This document shows, in pieces, positions 47,236-56,633 of a DNA stretch of 64,000 nt (its first letter is position 1; each line of letters opens with the position of its first letter). The notes under the pieces were generated by a model. That model did not search any database and had not been told where the DNA came from. It saw nothing but the letters and a program-made list of their open reading frames with translations. A program made the translations under genes and the position numbers. The stretch covers positions 62,001-126,000 of IMG/VR virus record IMGVR_UViG_3300044680_000280; one strand, given 5' to 3'.

Positions 47236-50200
47236 TCACGTGAACTTGTGTTTACGTTGCCACTCAAGGACAACATTCATGGCAGCCGCCCGCATCATAT
47301 TGCCAAGCTCTTGTCCTCCAGGCCCATTGACACTGATGGGAATCGTCAAACTCAGAGGTCCGCCACCTTGTTGTCCCTTGGGTATGATCTTTTCCCCTGG
47401 ACGAGCCGCGACGAATACCTGGTCAGGAGACTTAGGTTCAGGAACCGTACCACCCGACGCCATGCCCGGCAATTTAGTCGTCGGCTGATCCTTCGTCGGC
47501 ATAGCAATGGTGCCCGTCGCCGTGGCGCCTGAGAGTACGCCCTGACCGAACGTTGTGGCGTCGAAGTTGCCCGCCTGGAGGCCCTTGGCGACGTCGGCCG
47601 GGTCCATCTTGGAGTAGAGAAAGTACTCGAGAAGGGCTTCACGGTTTGCGTCGAGAACGGCATCATGCCCGTTCTTCCAAAACTGATTTCGAAGGAAGGA
47701 GCGATTGATTTTGATACCGTTCTGAGACAACGTATCCGACAACCCATCGAGAGAGCCGAGTATGGCTTCCCCCTGATCCTGGGTCATCGTGTCGGGCGCC
47801 TTCGCCTTCGCTACGGCGGCCGCATGGGCTGGACTGACCGCGGGAGCTCCAGCCATGGCGGTCGGTGCCGGTGGAGGCGGGAGAGACATACCGATTTGAG
47901 ACAAGGTGTCTGCAAAGTTATCGACAGACTTGACGACGCCCTTCGTGGGAGGGGGAACCGCAGGCGGCGGTGCGGGCGGAACGGGAGCCGTTGCAGAAGG
48001 GGCAACAGGATCAGGAGGAGCCGTGGGGCCTCCCGCATCGATGGATGCTTGTTCTTGGCCCGTCGGTTTGGCATCATCCGTGGCAATGGATGTACCCGCT
48101 GCAATGACCTTCATGAGATCGGGAGTGGTTAGAAACATCCGAATCTTGTCGAGAATCTTGGCTTCCTCGTCCGAGGTCAAACCAGCCTTTTTCAGAGAAT
48201 CGGCGAATCCGTTACCTTTGAGCAGATTCCGCTCGACGGATTGACCCTTCTTTTCGTCGAGGCCTGTGGCTCCCACGGCTTTCGAAAATGCGGACGTGAG
48301 TTCGCTCTTCGACACGTTGTCGGATATAGACTTTGCAAAGTCGTCCCTTTGCTTGTCCGTACCCTGATACATAGCTTTTTCCTGACCCTTGTTTCGGGCA
48401 AGTTCAAAGAGCCCCTTCCGAACGTCATCAAGGCTCTTAGCCTTGTCCACAACCTCTTGAATGGCACTGTTACCAGTCTTCGTTGCCTTGAGTTGGAGTT
48501 TGGTCAGCTCTCTAGTCGGATCCTTGATGATCCACGATGCAATATCGGCAACGGCATCGTAGATGTCGGACATGACATCCCAAAGTTTGTTCATGAGCCA
48601 GTCAATGAGAACTTGAAGTTTGTCAGAAGCAGAACTGGTAAACTGCGCCGTTTGCTTGGCGTAATCCATCTCGGTCTTGGCACCTTGGAGAGCTTCCTTA
48701 TCCCCTTCGTCCAAGGTATCCATAATCTGATCAAAGCCAGCCTGATCGATTGCTTTCTGATCGTCAGCGTCGTTACCAGTCAGCTTGATGCCAGCCTTTG
48801 TCAACTTCGCTTGAGTCTTGTCTTCCCTAAGGGTCTTTTTGAGAACGTCCCGTTGATCCTTCATGGCGACTTCGAACTTAGCCATCTGATTCAACTGATC
48901 GATTGAGATGCCCAGGTTTTCAGCCATGAACTGTTCCCCGAGGGTATTGATACCGTCGAGAAGGCTCTTGCCGCCGTTGAACCCCTTGAGAGCATCCGTG
49001 AGAACTTGAAGTTGTCCCGCTGGTCCGGATTCACCAGCAGCAAACGCAGTTCCGACAGCACCCTTACCGGCACGCATCTTGCGCTTCACCCCAATTTCCA
49101 ACTGGGCTTCCCGAATCTCCCCCCGCATGTTTTCAGGGAGATCCTCAAGCGCTTTGGTGAAGTCCTCCCCACCTTTTTCGATGGCTTCTCGATACTGATC
49201 GGCAGAGCCCTTTCCCATGCTCGCCATCTTCTCGGCAAGATTGTCCGTACCCCGCTTGATGTCTCGGTCCACGACGCCACCGGTCTTACCGGCGCCCGCG
49301 AGCATGGCCACCTTAATCCTCTCCACACGACCCATGTTCTTCACAGCGCCCATGGAAGCACTGAGGAACTTTTGGGCATTCCTAGGGCTCATCACCTTCC
49401 CTAGAACCGTGAGTAGGTGAGCAGCGTCCTCGATACGAGTGTTGTAGAGGTTGAGATCAGCGGACACTCCTCGAATGATGGCAAAAAACTTGTTTGAAGC
49501 GATCCCCGATTCAGAGGCGCCTTTCGTCATCATGTGGAAAGTCTTCGTAACCGAGTCCAGACTTTGACCCATCTCGGTCATCATCTCTCCCTGAAAACTA
49601 GAAATCTCCTGTAGGGAAACGCCAAACTCTCGAGAGTACGCCACGGCTACGTGAACCGCATCTCCGAAAATGGCTGCTTCTCCAGCCGCGTCTTTAGCGG
49701 CGTCCCCGGTCTTCTTGTATTGCTTTGCCAATTCCCCGAGCTGGACGCCCTCTGCCGACATAGCGTTTAGAACCGCAATGTGATCCTCTTTACTGATGCC
49801 CCATTTGATGTTGTCCATAGAGGCTGCATCGTCCCGGATCTTACGGAGCATATCGTCCATGTCCGCAAGAGCGGCCCCGCTCTTCTGATTGTTGCGGTAG
49901 AAGGCGTTCGAAGAACCCGAGACCTCCAAGATTTTCTTGTTCATCTCCTTAGCGGCGGCCTCAGCATCCACCATCAATTTGACAATTCCAGCAAAGATTC
50001 CACTGGCCACGGACAACAAAGGTCCCATAGCTCCTAGCATCTTCAAAATGCCCCCGAGCCCCTTTGAGAGTCCCGCTAGACCGGTATTTCCAAGAGCCAG
50101 GGCTCCCTCCGCTAGACCTCCAACCTTGTTACCGGAAGCAAACTTTTCCCCACTCCTACCGTATCTTTTCTTAGCTTTGTCCCAGAATCCTTTGCCCGCT

Positions 50201-50766
50201 TTCTCGGCCCACTTACCCGTAACTTTGCCGGAAGACATCATCGCGGCAATGGCTTGAGCTGCGCTTTTGGCACTGCTCTTAAAGTCCTTACTGAATAGTT
50301 CTGTCCCGGCTTCAAAGAGATTTCGACCAGCCGTCGCTCCGTGCTTTCCAAGTTTGACAACGTCCCTGTGGGCTTCCATCCCACGACCGTGCTTGACCTT
50401 GAATTCTCGAAGTGCTTGCTTCTTCAACTCCTTGGTCTTGTCGATACGATCTTGAAGGACCTTCTTTTCATCCTCGCTCGCCTCGAGCATCCTCTTGGAA
50501 TCACGAGCAATGTGCGCATTGTAAGCTGATAGAACCTTACCGTATTCCTTATAGGCTTTCTTGGCATCCCCAATGCCAAACGTCATCTTATTAATACCGG
50601 CCAGGGCGAACTTCTGGACATTCTGTCCAAGAGCGCGCATGCCCTTCGAAACGGCGCTGGCGGCTCGAGCACCGCTGTCTCGAAACTTCTTGAGAGCTTG
50701 CTGGGCTTGGTCTACATTTAGGTTTAGACCTACCTCAAAGATATCCTTGTCCTTAGTGGGCATCAC
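47236..50766 (-). CDS. Tape measure protein (1176 aa)
   Basis: Long Ala/Lys/Gly-rich helical ORF after the chaperones, with a hydrophobic segment and C-terminal ASGGTV...AARPGEKIIP typical of TMPs; Pro-rich linker near the C-terminus. Confidence 0.85.
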   Translation of the reverse strand: MMPTKDKDIFEVGLNLNVDQAQQALKKFRDSGARAASAVSKGMRALGQNVQKFALAGINKMTFGIGDAKKAYKEYGKVLSAYNAHIARDSKRMLEASEDEKKVLQDRIDKTKELKKQALREFKVKHGRGMEAHRDVVKLGKHGATAGRNLFEAGTELFSKDFKSSAKSAAQAIAAMMSSGKVTGKWAEKAGKGFWDKAKKRYGRSGEKFASGNKVGGLAEGALALGNTGLAGLSKGLGGILKMLGAMGPLLSVASGIFAGIVKLMVDAEAAAKEMNKKILEVSGSSNAFYRNNQKSGAALADMDDMLRKIRDDAASMDNIKWGISKEDHIAVLNAMSAEGVQLGELAKQYKKTGDAAKDAAGEAAIFGDAVHVAVAYSREFGVSLQEISSFQGEMMTEMGQSLDSVTKTFHMMTKGASESGIASNKFFAIIRGVSADLNLYNTRIEDAAHLLTVLGKVMSPRNAQKFLSASMGAVKNMGRVERIKVAMLAGAGKTGGVVDRDIKRGTDNLAEKMASMGKGSADQYREAIEKGGEDFTKALEDLPENMRGEIREAQLEIGVKRKMRAGKGAVGTAFAAGESGPAGQLQVLTDALKGFNGGKSLLDGINTLGEQFMAENLGISIDQLNQMAKFEVAMKDQRDVLKKTLREDKTQAKLTKAGIKLTGNDADDQKAIDQAGFDQIMDTLDEGDKEALQGAKTEMDYAKQTAQFTSSASDKLQVLIDWLMNKLWDVMSDIYDAVADIASWIIKDPTRELTKLQLKATKTGNSAIQEVVDKAKSLDDVRKGLFELARNKGQEKAMYQGTDKQRDDFAKSISDNVSKSELTSAFSKAVGATGLDEKKGQSVERNLLKGNGFADSLKKAGLTSDEEAKILDKIRMFLTTPDLMKVIAAGTSIATDDAKPTGQEQASIDAGGPTAPPDPVAPSATAPVPPAPPPAVPPPTKGVVKSVDNFADTLSQIGMSLPPPPAPTAMAGAPAVSPAHAAAVAKAKAPDTMTQDQGEAILGSLDGLSDTLSQNGIKINRSFLRNQFWKNGHDAVLDANREALLEYFLYSKMDPADVAKGLQAGNFDATTFGQGVLSGATATGTIAMPTKDQPTTKLPGMASGGTVPEPKSPDQVFVAARPGEKIIPKGQQGGGPLSLTIPISVNGPGGQELGNMMRAAAMNVVLEWQRKHKFT

Positions 50767-52028
50767 GGCCTCCTAACGCTGAAAGGAGGGCTCTGGGGCG
50801 TCCTAGCGGGCGTGATAGGCCTAGCCGTCGACGGGTCCTGGTCGGTCGTTCCCACCCGGGTCTCAATCTCCTCAAAGTCAGATCTCACCGCTCTCGATTG
50901 GGGAGGTAGTTTCTTAGCTTGAGCTTCTGCCACTTGGACTTGAAATTGACGGCGGCGAATCATTGCATCCCGTACCTCGGCCGGAGTCAAGCCCGACATA
51001 TCTGTGCCGCCAATAAGTGACTTCCCGCCGAACTCGATCTCCCGCTGAGCGTGCAGTTCTTTTACCTGCTCTTCCTTGGCTTTTTGCGCGTCTTTCATGC
51101 GGTTTTCGTAAGTGTCAACGACGACGTCGTGCCAATCCTTCTCTCCCCGAAGGTCACTCTGCAATTGCTGAGCTAGGTCTTCCACGGTTTGAGCGGTTAC
51201 CCAAACGGCACCAGCCTTGTGAAGAGCTTTATCATGCAAGGGCTCCCCGAGGAGAACGTGACGCAGAACGGCATCCTTTCTGGATAGCTGCTCAGTTCTC
51301 TCCTGCCGCCTGCGCTCCGAGTCCTTTGTGTAAACTTTCTGAATTTCCTTACCAGCACTGCAAGAACCGATGAACTTGGCATGCTCCCACTGCTGCTCAA
51401 GGATATCACGCAAGTCATCAATTCGATTAATCGCTCTCCAAGTGAGCTGACCCCAGTTCATTCCAAGTTGGTCAGTTCCGGCAATTCCAGTGATAGAGGG
51501 GGACGTCATATCCGTATTCAGAACCTGCAACCATCGATACCTGGAGTATTTTTCAAGGGCATAACACTCCACCAGAGTGATCGCCTTTCGCGCCCGACGA
51601 TTAAGCTCACTCAAATAGCGAACAATCTTCATTTTGACGGACAAAATGATTTCCCCGTACTCTTTCGTGAGGCGAGGGATCCACTGATTACGTTCAGGAA
51701 GAATGTTGATTCCACCAACCATAAAGGTGCTGTAAGCGATAAACTGGGACCAAAACCTCTTAGTCGGAGATCCCTTTTCGTCATACCCACCAGTCAAACG
51801 AATGAGCTCGTGCTCGTGGTGATTCAAGGTTTTGAAAACGAATTCGACGTCATTCACCTCACAGGACTGCGTGAGGAATCCGTGAAAAAGCAAGTCTTCG
51901 ACGTCCCGGTAAACCTCGGGGTTGACCTCTGGCTCTTTGGGAGCCTCCACAACGATCTTCTCACCTGCCTCCATTCTCTGGAGTTCGGCTTGCTGCTCGT
52001 CATAGGACGTGGGTAGCTTGTTTTTCAT
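50763..52028 (-). CDS. Tail assembly chaperone-like protein 2 (421 aa)
   Basis: Immediately precedes the TMP. N-terminal FLTQSCEVNDVEFVFKTLNHHE resembles the N-terminus of the upstream gene. Confidence 0.55.
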   Translation of the reverse strand: MKNKLPTSYDEQQAELQRMEAGEKIVVEAPKEPEVNPEVYRDVEDLLFHGFLTQSCEVNDVEFVFKTLNHHEHELIRLTGGYDEKGSPTKRFWSQFIAYSTFMVGGINILPERNQWIPRLTKEYGEIILSVKMKIVRYLSELNRRARKAITLVECYALEKYSRYRWLQVLNTDMTSPSITGIAGTDQLGMNWGQLTWRAINRIDDLRDILEQQWEHAKFIGSCSAGKEIQKVYTKDSERRRQERTEQLSRKDAVLRHVLLGEPLHDKALHKAGAVWVTAQTVEDLAQQLQSDLRGEKDWHDVVVDTYENRMKDAQKAKEEQVKELHAQREIEFGGKSLIGGTDMSGLTPAEVRDAMIRRRQFQVQVAEAQAKKLPPQSRAVRSDFEEIETRVGTTDQDPSTARPITPARTPQSPPFSVRRP

Positions 52029-52029
52029 C

Positions 52030-53166
52030 TCACCTCGGAGTAGGTCGGAACTTCGGATTCATTACACCTTGAGGTTTTTGCTCGAGTATTGAAGCCACGG
52101 CCCCGATATCCGTGTGACGAGTTCCCTGCTTGGTGAGTACCGGCTTAGCGGTCGGCACGTTCGGTTGAATCAAACTCTGCGGCACGTTGGGCGGGAGGGT
52201 CATCCCAGGCGGAAGAACCGCTTGTGGGGCGGGAGCTCGCATCTGATCGAGGTCCTCATCCATCACCCCTGGCTCTTGTCCCATGAGGGCCGCAATTTCC
52301 GCCGCACGCTTACTCACCGGAGTAGATTGTTCTTGAACCGGGGTGGGTGGTGGCGTAATGATCGGCGTCGATGGTGGGGTTCTAACAATCTCTGGCACGT
52401 TGACGACCTGCTGATTCAACGGAACCCTCTGGCGCATCAACTTAGCCGCCTCTCGAGCCGCCTCAGCACTAACGGTATTAGATGCCTGAACTGGCGGAGC
52501 AGTAGCCGGAGGTGGAGAGGCTGAAACCTCTTCTTGCTGAGGCTGAGGTTCTGCGATCGACTGATCCAGATCCTCTAGAGCCTTTTCATCTTGAGGTCTG
52601 GTAAATAGCGTGTACCCGTTCTCCTCCAGAATCATTTTCAGAATCTGAGGAGGTACTTCTTCCTCTATCTCCTTCATTTCACCAAGGAGACGTCGATACT
52701 TGTCCTCCGCAGTCTCTTCCGCAAGGACAAACGTGACCTTATCCTTCGCTTTGTTCTCCGCTTTGTGGACTACATCGCTGAACTTTCGGTACGCAACGAA
52801 GACGGCTTCTTTGCTCCAGGTCGAAAGGATATTTTTGAGAAGCCAATCGTGGAGCTCACGCTTGATCAGACGAAGGCGCGTCTTGTCCTTCGGATCGGGC
52901 TCCTCCACCTCGACGTAACTAACATCTCTTAGGTCGACGCCATTCAGCTCAACAATAGCTCGACACAAGTGGGCGAGTTGCCACTTGTTGAGGTACTTAA
53001 TGTCCTCAAAAGACTCCGTCTCATCGACGATGGACTCGTATTCGTCCGGTCGCAGATTCCTTAGAACGACTTCACAGTCGTCCAAAATGAATCCCTCTTC
53101 GACTTTACCTACGCCTTTGGCCTTGTCCAAAGACGACAGAAGTTGCTTTTGCGATATCGATCCCAT
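52030..53166 (-). CDS. Tail assembly chaperone-like protein 1 (378 aa, Pro-rich C-terminal half)
   Basis: Follows the tube gene; VVLRNLRPDEY...LCRAIVELNG; strong AAGGAG SD. Confidence 0.55.
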   Translation of the reverse strand: MGSISQKQLLSSLDKAKGVGKVEEGFILDDCEVVLRNLRPDEYESIVDETESFEDIKYLNKWQLAHLCRAIVELNGVDLRDVSYVEVEEPDPKDKTRLRLIKRELHDWLLKNILSTWSKEAVFVAYRKFSDVVHKAENKAKDKVTFVLAEETAEDKYRRLLGEMKEIEEEVPPQILKMILEENGYTLFTRPQDEKALEDLDQSIAEPQPQQEEVSASPPPATAPPVQASNTVSAEAAREAAKLMRQRVPLNQQVVNVPEIVRTPPSTPIITPPPTPVQEQSTPVSKRAAEIAALMGQEPGVMDEDLDQMRAPAPQAVLPPGMTLPPNVPQSLIQPNVPTAKPVLTKQGTRHTDIGAVASILEQKPQGVMNPKFRPTPR

Positions 53167-53187
53167 CCTTCGCTCCTTTTTAATGAG

Positions 53188-53333
53188 GACGCGTGAGGAT
53201 TGACGACGGGATACTTCGAAGGACGGAATCTAAATTTGGGTCCGTGTCTTACTGACGGAAAGCGGAACCGTGTACATTTGGTCTGATCTGATTCAATCCG
53301 TATCTACAAATCGCGTCGCCGCCTCAATGCGTC
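53188..53333 (-). promoter_or_regulatory. Candidate structured intergenic RNA between the tube and chaperone genes
   Basis: Nested complementary segments GACGC/GCGTC, TGAGG/CCTCA, GGCGACG/CGTCGTC, GATAC/GTATC and GAATC/GATTC, in the order needed for one long interrupted stem. Confidence 0.5.
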
Positions 53334-53335
53334 GA

Positions 53336-54085
53336 TTAGGCTCCCGGCGGAACCGTAGTAGCCGCCGCACTATTGCTCGCAAACCGCAGAGAAAACCCTG
53401 CGCCAGCCTGACCGTTGTCAGAAATGGGGGCGAGACCCGTGTCGATGAATTCACCGTACTGCGATACACCGTCGATGATGTCGGAAACCGTAACGCTCGC
53501 ATTTTCAGCGACCATCGCAGCATCTGAGGTGAACGACGCCGAGTAAGAGTTGAACCAGCAACCCTCGAAGTACGTGAAAAGCGCCTCAACCGCCAGAATG
53601 GGGGTCGCTGCTGGATTGAAGATGAACTGTTGACTCGGTTGCGTGCCGTAAGGCAGTGTCGCGGGCTGAGCATTTGGACCGGCGCCGACGTCTTGCTGGG
53701 TGCTGATCTCCGAAAAAACTAGCTCCTGCTTGATGTCGAAGGGCCAGCGGTGGTGCTTCAGGCTTCGAGCGATACCGTCGATCCCCGCCTTGTAGCCAAC
53801 CGTCTGAAAAACGTTCGCCGTATTCAGGAGAGTACGATTGAGGGTCATCGTCATCGGCTCGGTGATGGACGGCACGAGCTCGGCGATCTGATCACCAAAA
53901 CCTACGCCACGAGCCGCGTCGATCGTACGAGACTCGTCGGTCGAGAACTCGGAGATAACACCAACCTGAACGAATCCCTTGGCCCCTACGGCGTAGCCGT
54001 AAACCTTGTTCTTCTGGGAGATTGCGGACCGAACGTTCGGCGCCGTACCCATACGGTAAATGTAGTTTGTCGTGGTAACAGGCAT
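53336..54085 (-). CDS. Tail tube protein (249 aa)
   Basis: VGVISEFSTDESR...RGVG.GD..AELVP...MTLNRT and YFEGCWFNSYS...VAENASVTVSDI match myophage tube proteins; precedes chaperones and TMP. Confidence 0.8.
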   Translation of the reverse strand: MPVTTTNYIYRMGTAPNVRSAISQKNKVYGYAVGAKGFVQVGVISEFSTDESRTIDAARGVGFGDQIAELVPSITEPMTMTLNRTLLNTANVFQTVGYKAGIDGIARSLKHHRWPFDIKQELVFSEISTQQDVGAGPNAQPATLPYGTQPSQQFIFNPAATPILAVEALFTYFEGCWFNSYSASFTSDAAMVAENASVTVSDIIDGVSQYGEFIDTGLAPISDNGQAGAGFSLRFASNSAAATTVPPGA

Positions 54086-54103
54086 GGCTTACTCCCGGTC
54101 TCC

Positions 54104-55084
54104 TCAGACCTTCGCAGAAGCGAAGAGATTGTGAATCTGCTTGGCACTATCATCGAGTGCAGTCAGGTCCTTACGAACCCAGGATTGTGCGAGATCGACA
54201 CTGTTGAGAATCTCGCTCGTTCGCGACGCAATTGCGTAAAGGTCGCCCTGAGCCTTTGCCGCGTTGAACTTGCGTCCCGCCGTGACAAGAGCCTCGACCT
54301 TGGTGTTGGTCGACTCGACCGTATCGAGAATCCCCTGAGCAAGCTCGGTGTTCGCTTTGAGAATTTCGTATGACGGAGACTGCGTCGACGCCGACTTCGT
54401 TCCAGGAGCGTATACCGGAGTCGTCGAAGGCTCGGGAGCCATGACGGGGGTTGTCGACGGCTTGGGGGCGAAAACGGGCGTCGTAGAAACGTCCGCAACT
54501 TCAACCTTCGTACCGAGAGCACTCGCGTGAGTCGCGCTCGAGGGAAGGCTCTGATTGCCCTCCACCGTATCGACCTTGGGGGCGCTATCGATGTACCAAG
54601 CGTCGTTCTTGCTCTGATCGCCAGGGTTGTAAAAGTGCAGTCCAGCCGCCAAGGATCGCAGCCCCTCGTGCAGCTTGGGAGCGATGAGACCCTCGTCTTT
54701 GGCATACTTGTCGAGACGAGTAACCGTCTGCTCGAGTTGACCCAAACGCTCCAAAAGTGTTTTCTGAGACATGGTGATTGACCCTTCCGCCTTCGCAGAG
54801 ATTCGATTTCCCTCGTCAATAAGAGGACTAACAAGTAAAGGCTTAGCGGCCCACCGTGTTCTGGTAGGAGCCATAAGCTCTTCCATAATGTCGATGTCAG
54901 CCGTAATAACGCAGGATCCAAACGCGTTAAAAGCGTCCAAAGCACCACGAACCTCCCTTTTGGGGGCTACTTTGGTGACAAACTTGAGTACCGAGATGGT
55001 ACCCAGGATCTTGCGATGTCCATTGGGAAATCGGACATAATCACGGAGACCGTCTGTCTCCAACGTGACAAGGATTTTCCGCAT
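54104..55084 (-). CDS. Hypothetical protein (326 aa) with three STTPVxAP repeats
   Basis: Intact ORF; STTPVFAPKP/STTPVMAPEP/STTPVYAPGT; helical C-terminus. Confidence 0.7.
   Translation of the reverse strand: MRKILVTLETDGLRDYVRFPNGHRKILGTISVLKFVTKVAPKREVRGALDAFNAFGSCVITADIDIMEELMAPTRTRWAAKPLLVSPLIDEGNRISAKAEGSITMSQKTLLERLGQLEQTVTRLDKYAKDEGLIAPKLHEGLRSLAAGLHFYNPGDQSKNDAWYIDSAPKVDTVEGNQSLPSSATHASALGTKVEVADVSTTPVFAPKPSTTPVMAPEPSTTPVYAPGTKSASTQSPSYEILKANTELAQGILDTVESTNTKVEALVTAGRKFNAAKAQGDLYAIASRTSEILNSVDLAQSWVRKDLTALDDSAKQIHNLFASAKV
54398..54487 (-). repeat. 3 x 30-nt coding tandem repeat
   Basis: Encodes STTPVxAPxx three times. Confidence 0.85.
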
Positions 55085-55117
55085 GGTCTCTCTTGGAGAG
55101 ACCTAACGAAAGGAAAC

Positions 55118-55318
55118 TCAGTCCTCTTCGTCGTACCAGTCGGCGTCCAGGTCGAACTTCATCTCCATGTCATCCGGAGGCGGGCACGGAATGGTCGGAA
55201 CCTTTGAGGTCGGGGGCTCCACCAGCTCAAATTCATCCGGGGACAGGTAGGGGACGCTCCGGGGACGGGGGCGCACTTCCGTATACTCAAAATCCTCGTA
55301 TGACATGGCGAGCGACAT
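55118..55318 (-). CDS. Small acidic, Pro-rich protein (66 aa)
   Basis: Starts 3 nt after the upstream stop and fills the gap; ends DADWYDEED. Confidence 0.6.
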   Translation of the reverse strand: MSLAMSYEDFEYTEVRPRPRSVPYLSPDEFELVEPPTSKVPTIPCPPPDDMEMKFDLDADWYDEED

Positions 55319-55321
55319 AAC

Positions 55322-56230
55322 TCACACCCTCAAAAGAACTTCGAGAACGTCGTCTACAGAGAGAACGGTACCACCCCAGGGAGAGTATAGCCACAACTCT
55401 TCGGCAATCCACCGTTTCGGATTGCCCGCGGCAGTTTCCACCTCAGAGAGGATAGCCGCTGCTTTACTCAAGTCAAACCGCACGTACATGCTTTTGCGAG
55501 AGGCCGTCATGTGACGAAGACCCGTTTCTGGTTCATCGTCCTTCTCAGGCTCGTGTTCAGCGGTTGAGGTATACAAAAGACCTCTTAGGTAGCCTTGTTC
55601 ATACAGACGCGTCCACCCGGTGAACATTTGCCGAAATAGGGGTTTGGGGGTCGCAGCCACCACAAAGCCGTTAGACCCGACCGTCTTGATTTGAGGTTGG
55701 GGAATGTGAAACGGGGGTACCTTCGTCCCCCCGTGAGTGAAGTCGTGCACCCACTCAACGGCGACCGTCAGACGCTTCGCCCGCTCGTTCTCTCGAATGT
55801 ACTCCTTTGGTCGAACGAACTCGTCGAGGGCCAGAACGAGGTTGCGAACCTCTGGCTCAATGTGCGCTAGACCCTGGGCACCTAGTCGGTGAGCAAAGTC
55901 GACCTGAGAAACGATCTTCAAAAAAGATGGGTGTGTAAGTAGGTCCCGGTGCAGAAAAAGAGCAACCGCCACGACCACATCCACATTCAAAAACCGCGTC
56001 ATGAACTTCGTCGGCATCGGACGACCGAGCATGACGTCCTGATAAAAACTCCAAAGGGCTCCGGGGTCCGTTGCCGAAAATTCCGCGCCATGGTGCTCGT
56101 AGGCGTATAGGGTCGGGTCCGCCGCCTGCGCCCTCGTCAAACCTGTCTTGAAGCTGATGGCTCCAGGAAACAACCCCCTGTTATCGGGGTTCACGGAGAC
56201 TTCGAGCGGAATGTTGGACGTACCCATCAT
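55322..56230 (-). CDS. Hypothetical protein (~302 aa), possibly a degenerate DHH/MYG1-like phosphoesterase
   Basis: Start moved to ATG 56230 to avoid overlap with the 128-aa gene. YEHHG is followed by LNVDVVVAVAL and a later VD. Confidence 0.5.
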   Translation of the reverse strand: MMGTSNIPLEVSVNPDNRGLFPGAISFKTGLTRAQAADPTLYAYEHHGAEFSATDPGALWSFYQDVMLGRPMPTKFMTRFLNVDVVVAVALFLHRDLLTHPSFLKIVSQVDFAHRLGAQGLAHIEPEVRNLVLALDEFVRPKEYIRENERAKRLTVAVEWVHDFTHGGTKVPPFHIPQPQIKTVGSNGFVVAATPKPLFRQMFTGWTRLYEQGYLRGLLYTSTAEHEPEKDDEPETGLRHMTASRKSMYVRFDLSKAAAILSEVETAAGNPKRWIAEELWLYSPWGGTVLSVDDVLEVLLRV

Positions 56231-56246
56231 TGAGAAGGTACACCGA

Positions 56247-56633
56247 CTACTTAGGCTCCCAGGAGACGAATCTTCCGCTCTCGATGTCATCCTGCTTGAA
56301 GTCGTAGTCCTCCATGCAGTCCTCGATCCGTTCACGAAGGGAGTCCCGCCACCCCTGCGTCCGCTTGACAATGGGGGCCTTACCAGGCTTGAGGGGCTTC
56401 CCTTTGGCAAAGGAGTAGAGCTGCACTCGAATGGCGTCCTCGCCGACGCCCGCACCAGAGGTTCCGCGCTCGGAAATGGACGTCCAAACTCGCACGCCTG
56501 CGTTTTGGGAGAGGAACAGGTCCAGGACGACCTCCCCTCGAATCGCGCTCTTCCGTGGGTGCAGCGCATGAAACGCCCGATGAATGTAGGTCTCCATCTC
56601 GGAAAGAGTGACCTCTGTGTAGGTCGCGGCCAT
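56247..56633 (-). CDS. Hypothetical protein (128 aa)
   Basis: ATG overlaps the helicase stop (TAATG) with AGGAGG upstream; VRVWTSI...GEDAIRV...VKRTQGWR. Confidence 0.75.
   Translation of the reverse strand: MAATYTEVTLSEMETYIHRAFHALHPRKSAIRGEVVLDLFLSQNAGVRVWTSISERGTSGAGVGEDAIRVQLYSFAKGKPLKPGKAPIVKRTQGWRDSLRERIEDCMEDYDFKQDDIESGRFVSWEPK

Noticed and set aside
52020-52100. Programmed -1 frameshift between the chaperone genes
   Set aside because: No XXXYYYZ slippery site near the junction, and the second gene has its own ATG one base after the stop.
56231-56569. N-terminal 113 aa of the tracked 415-aa ORF
   Set aside because: Overlaps the better-supported 128-aa gene, which has a strong SD and stop-start coupling, and the translation is Ser/Arg/Pro-rich noise.
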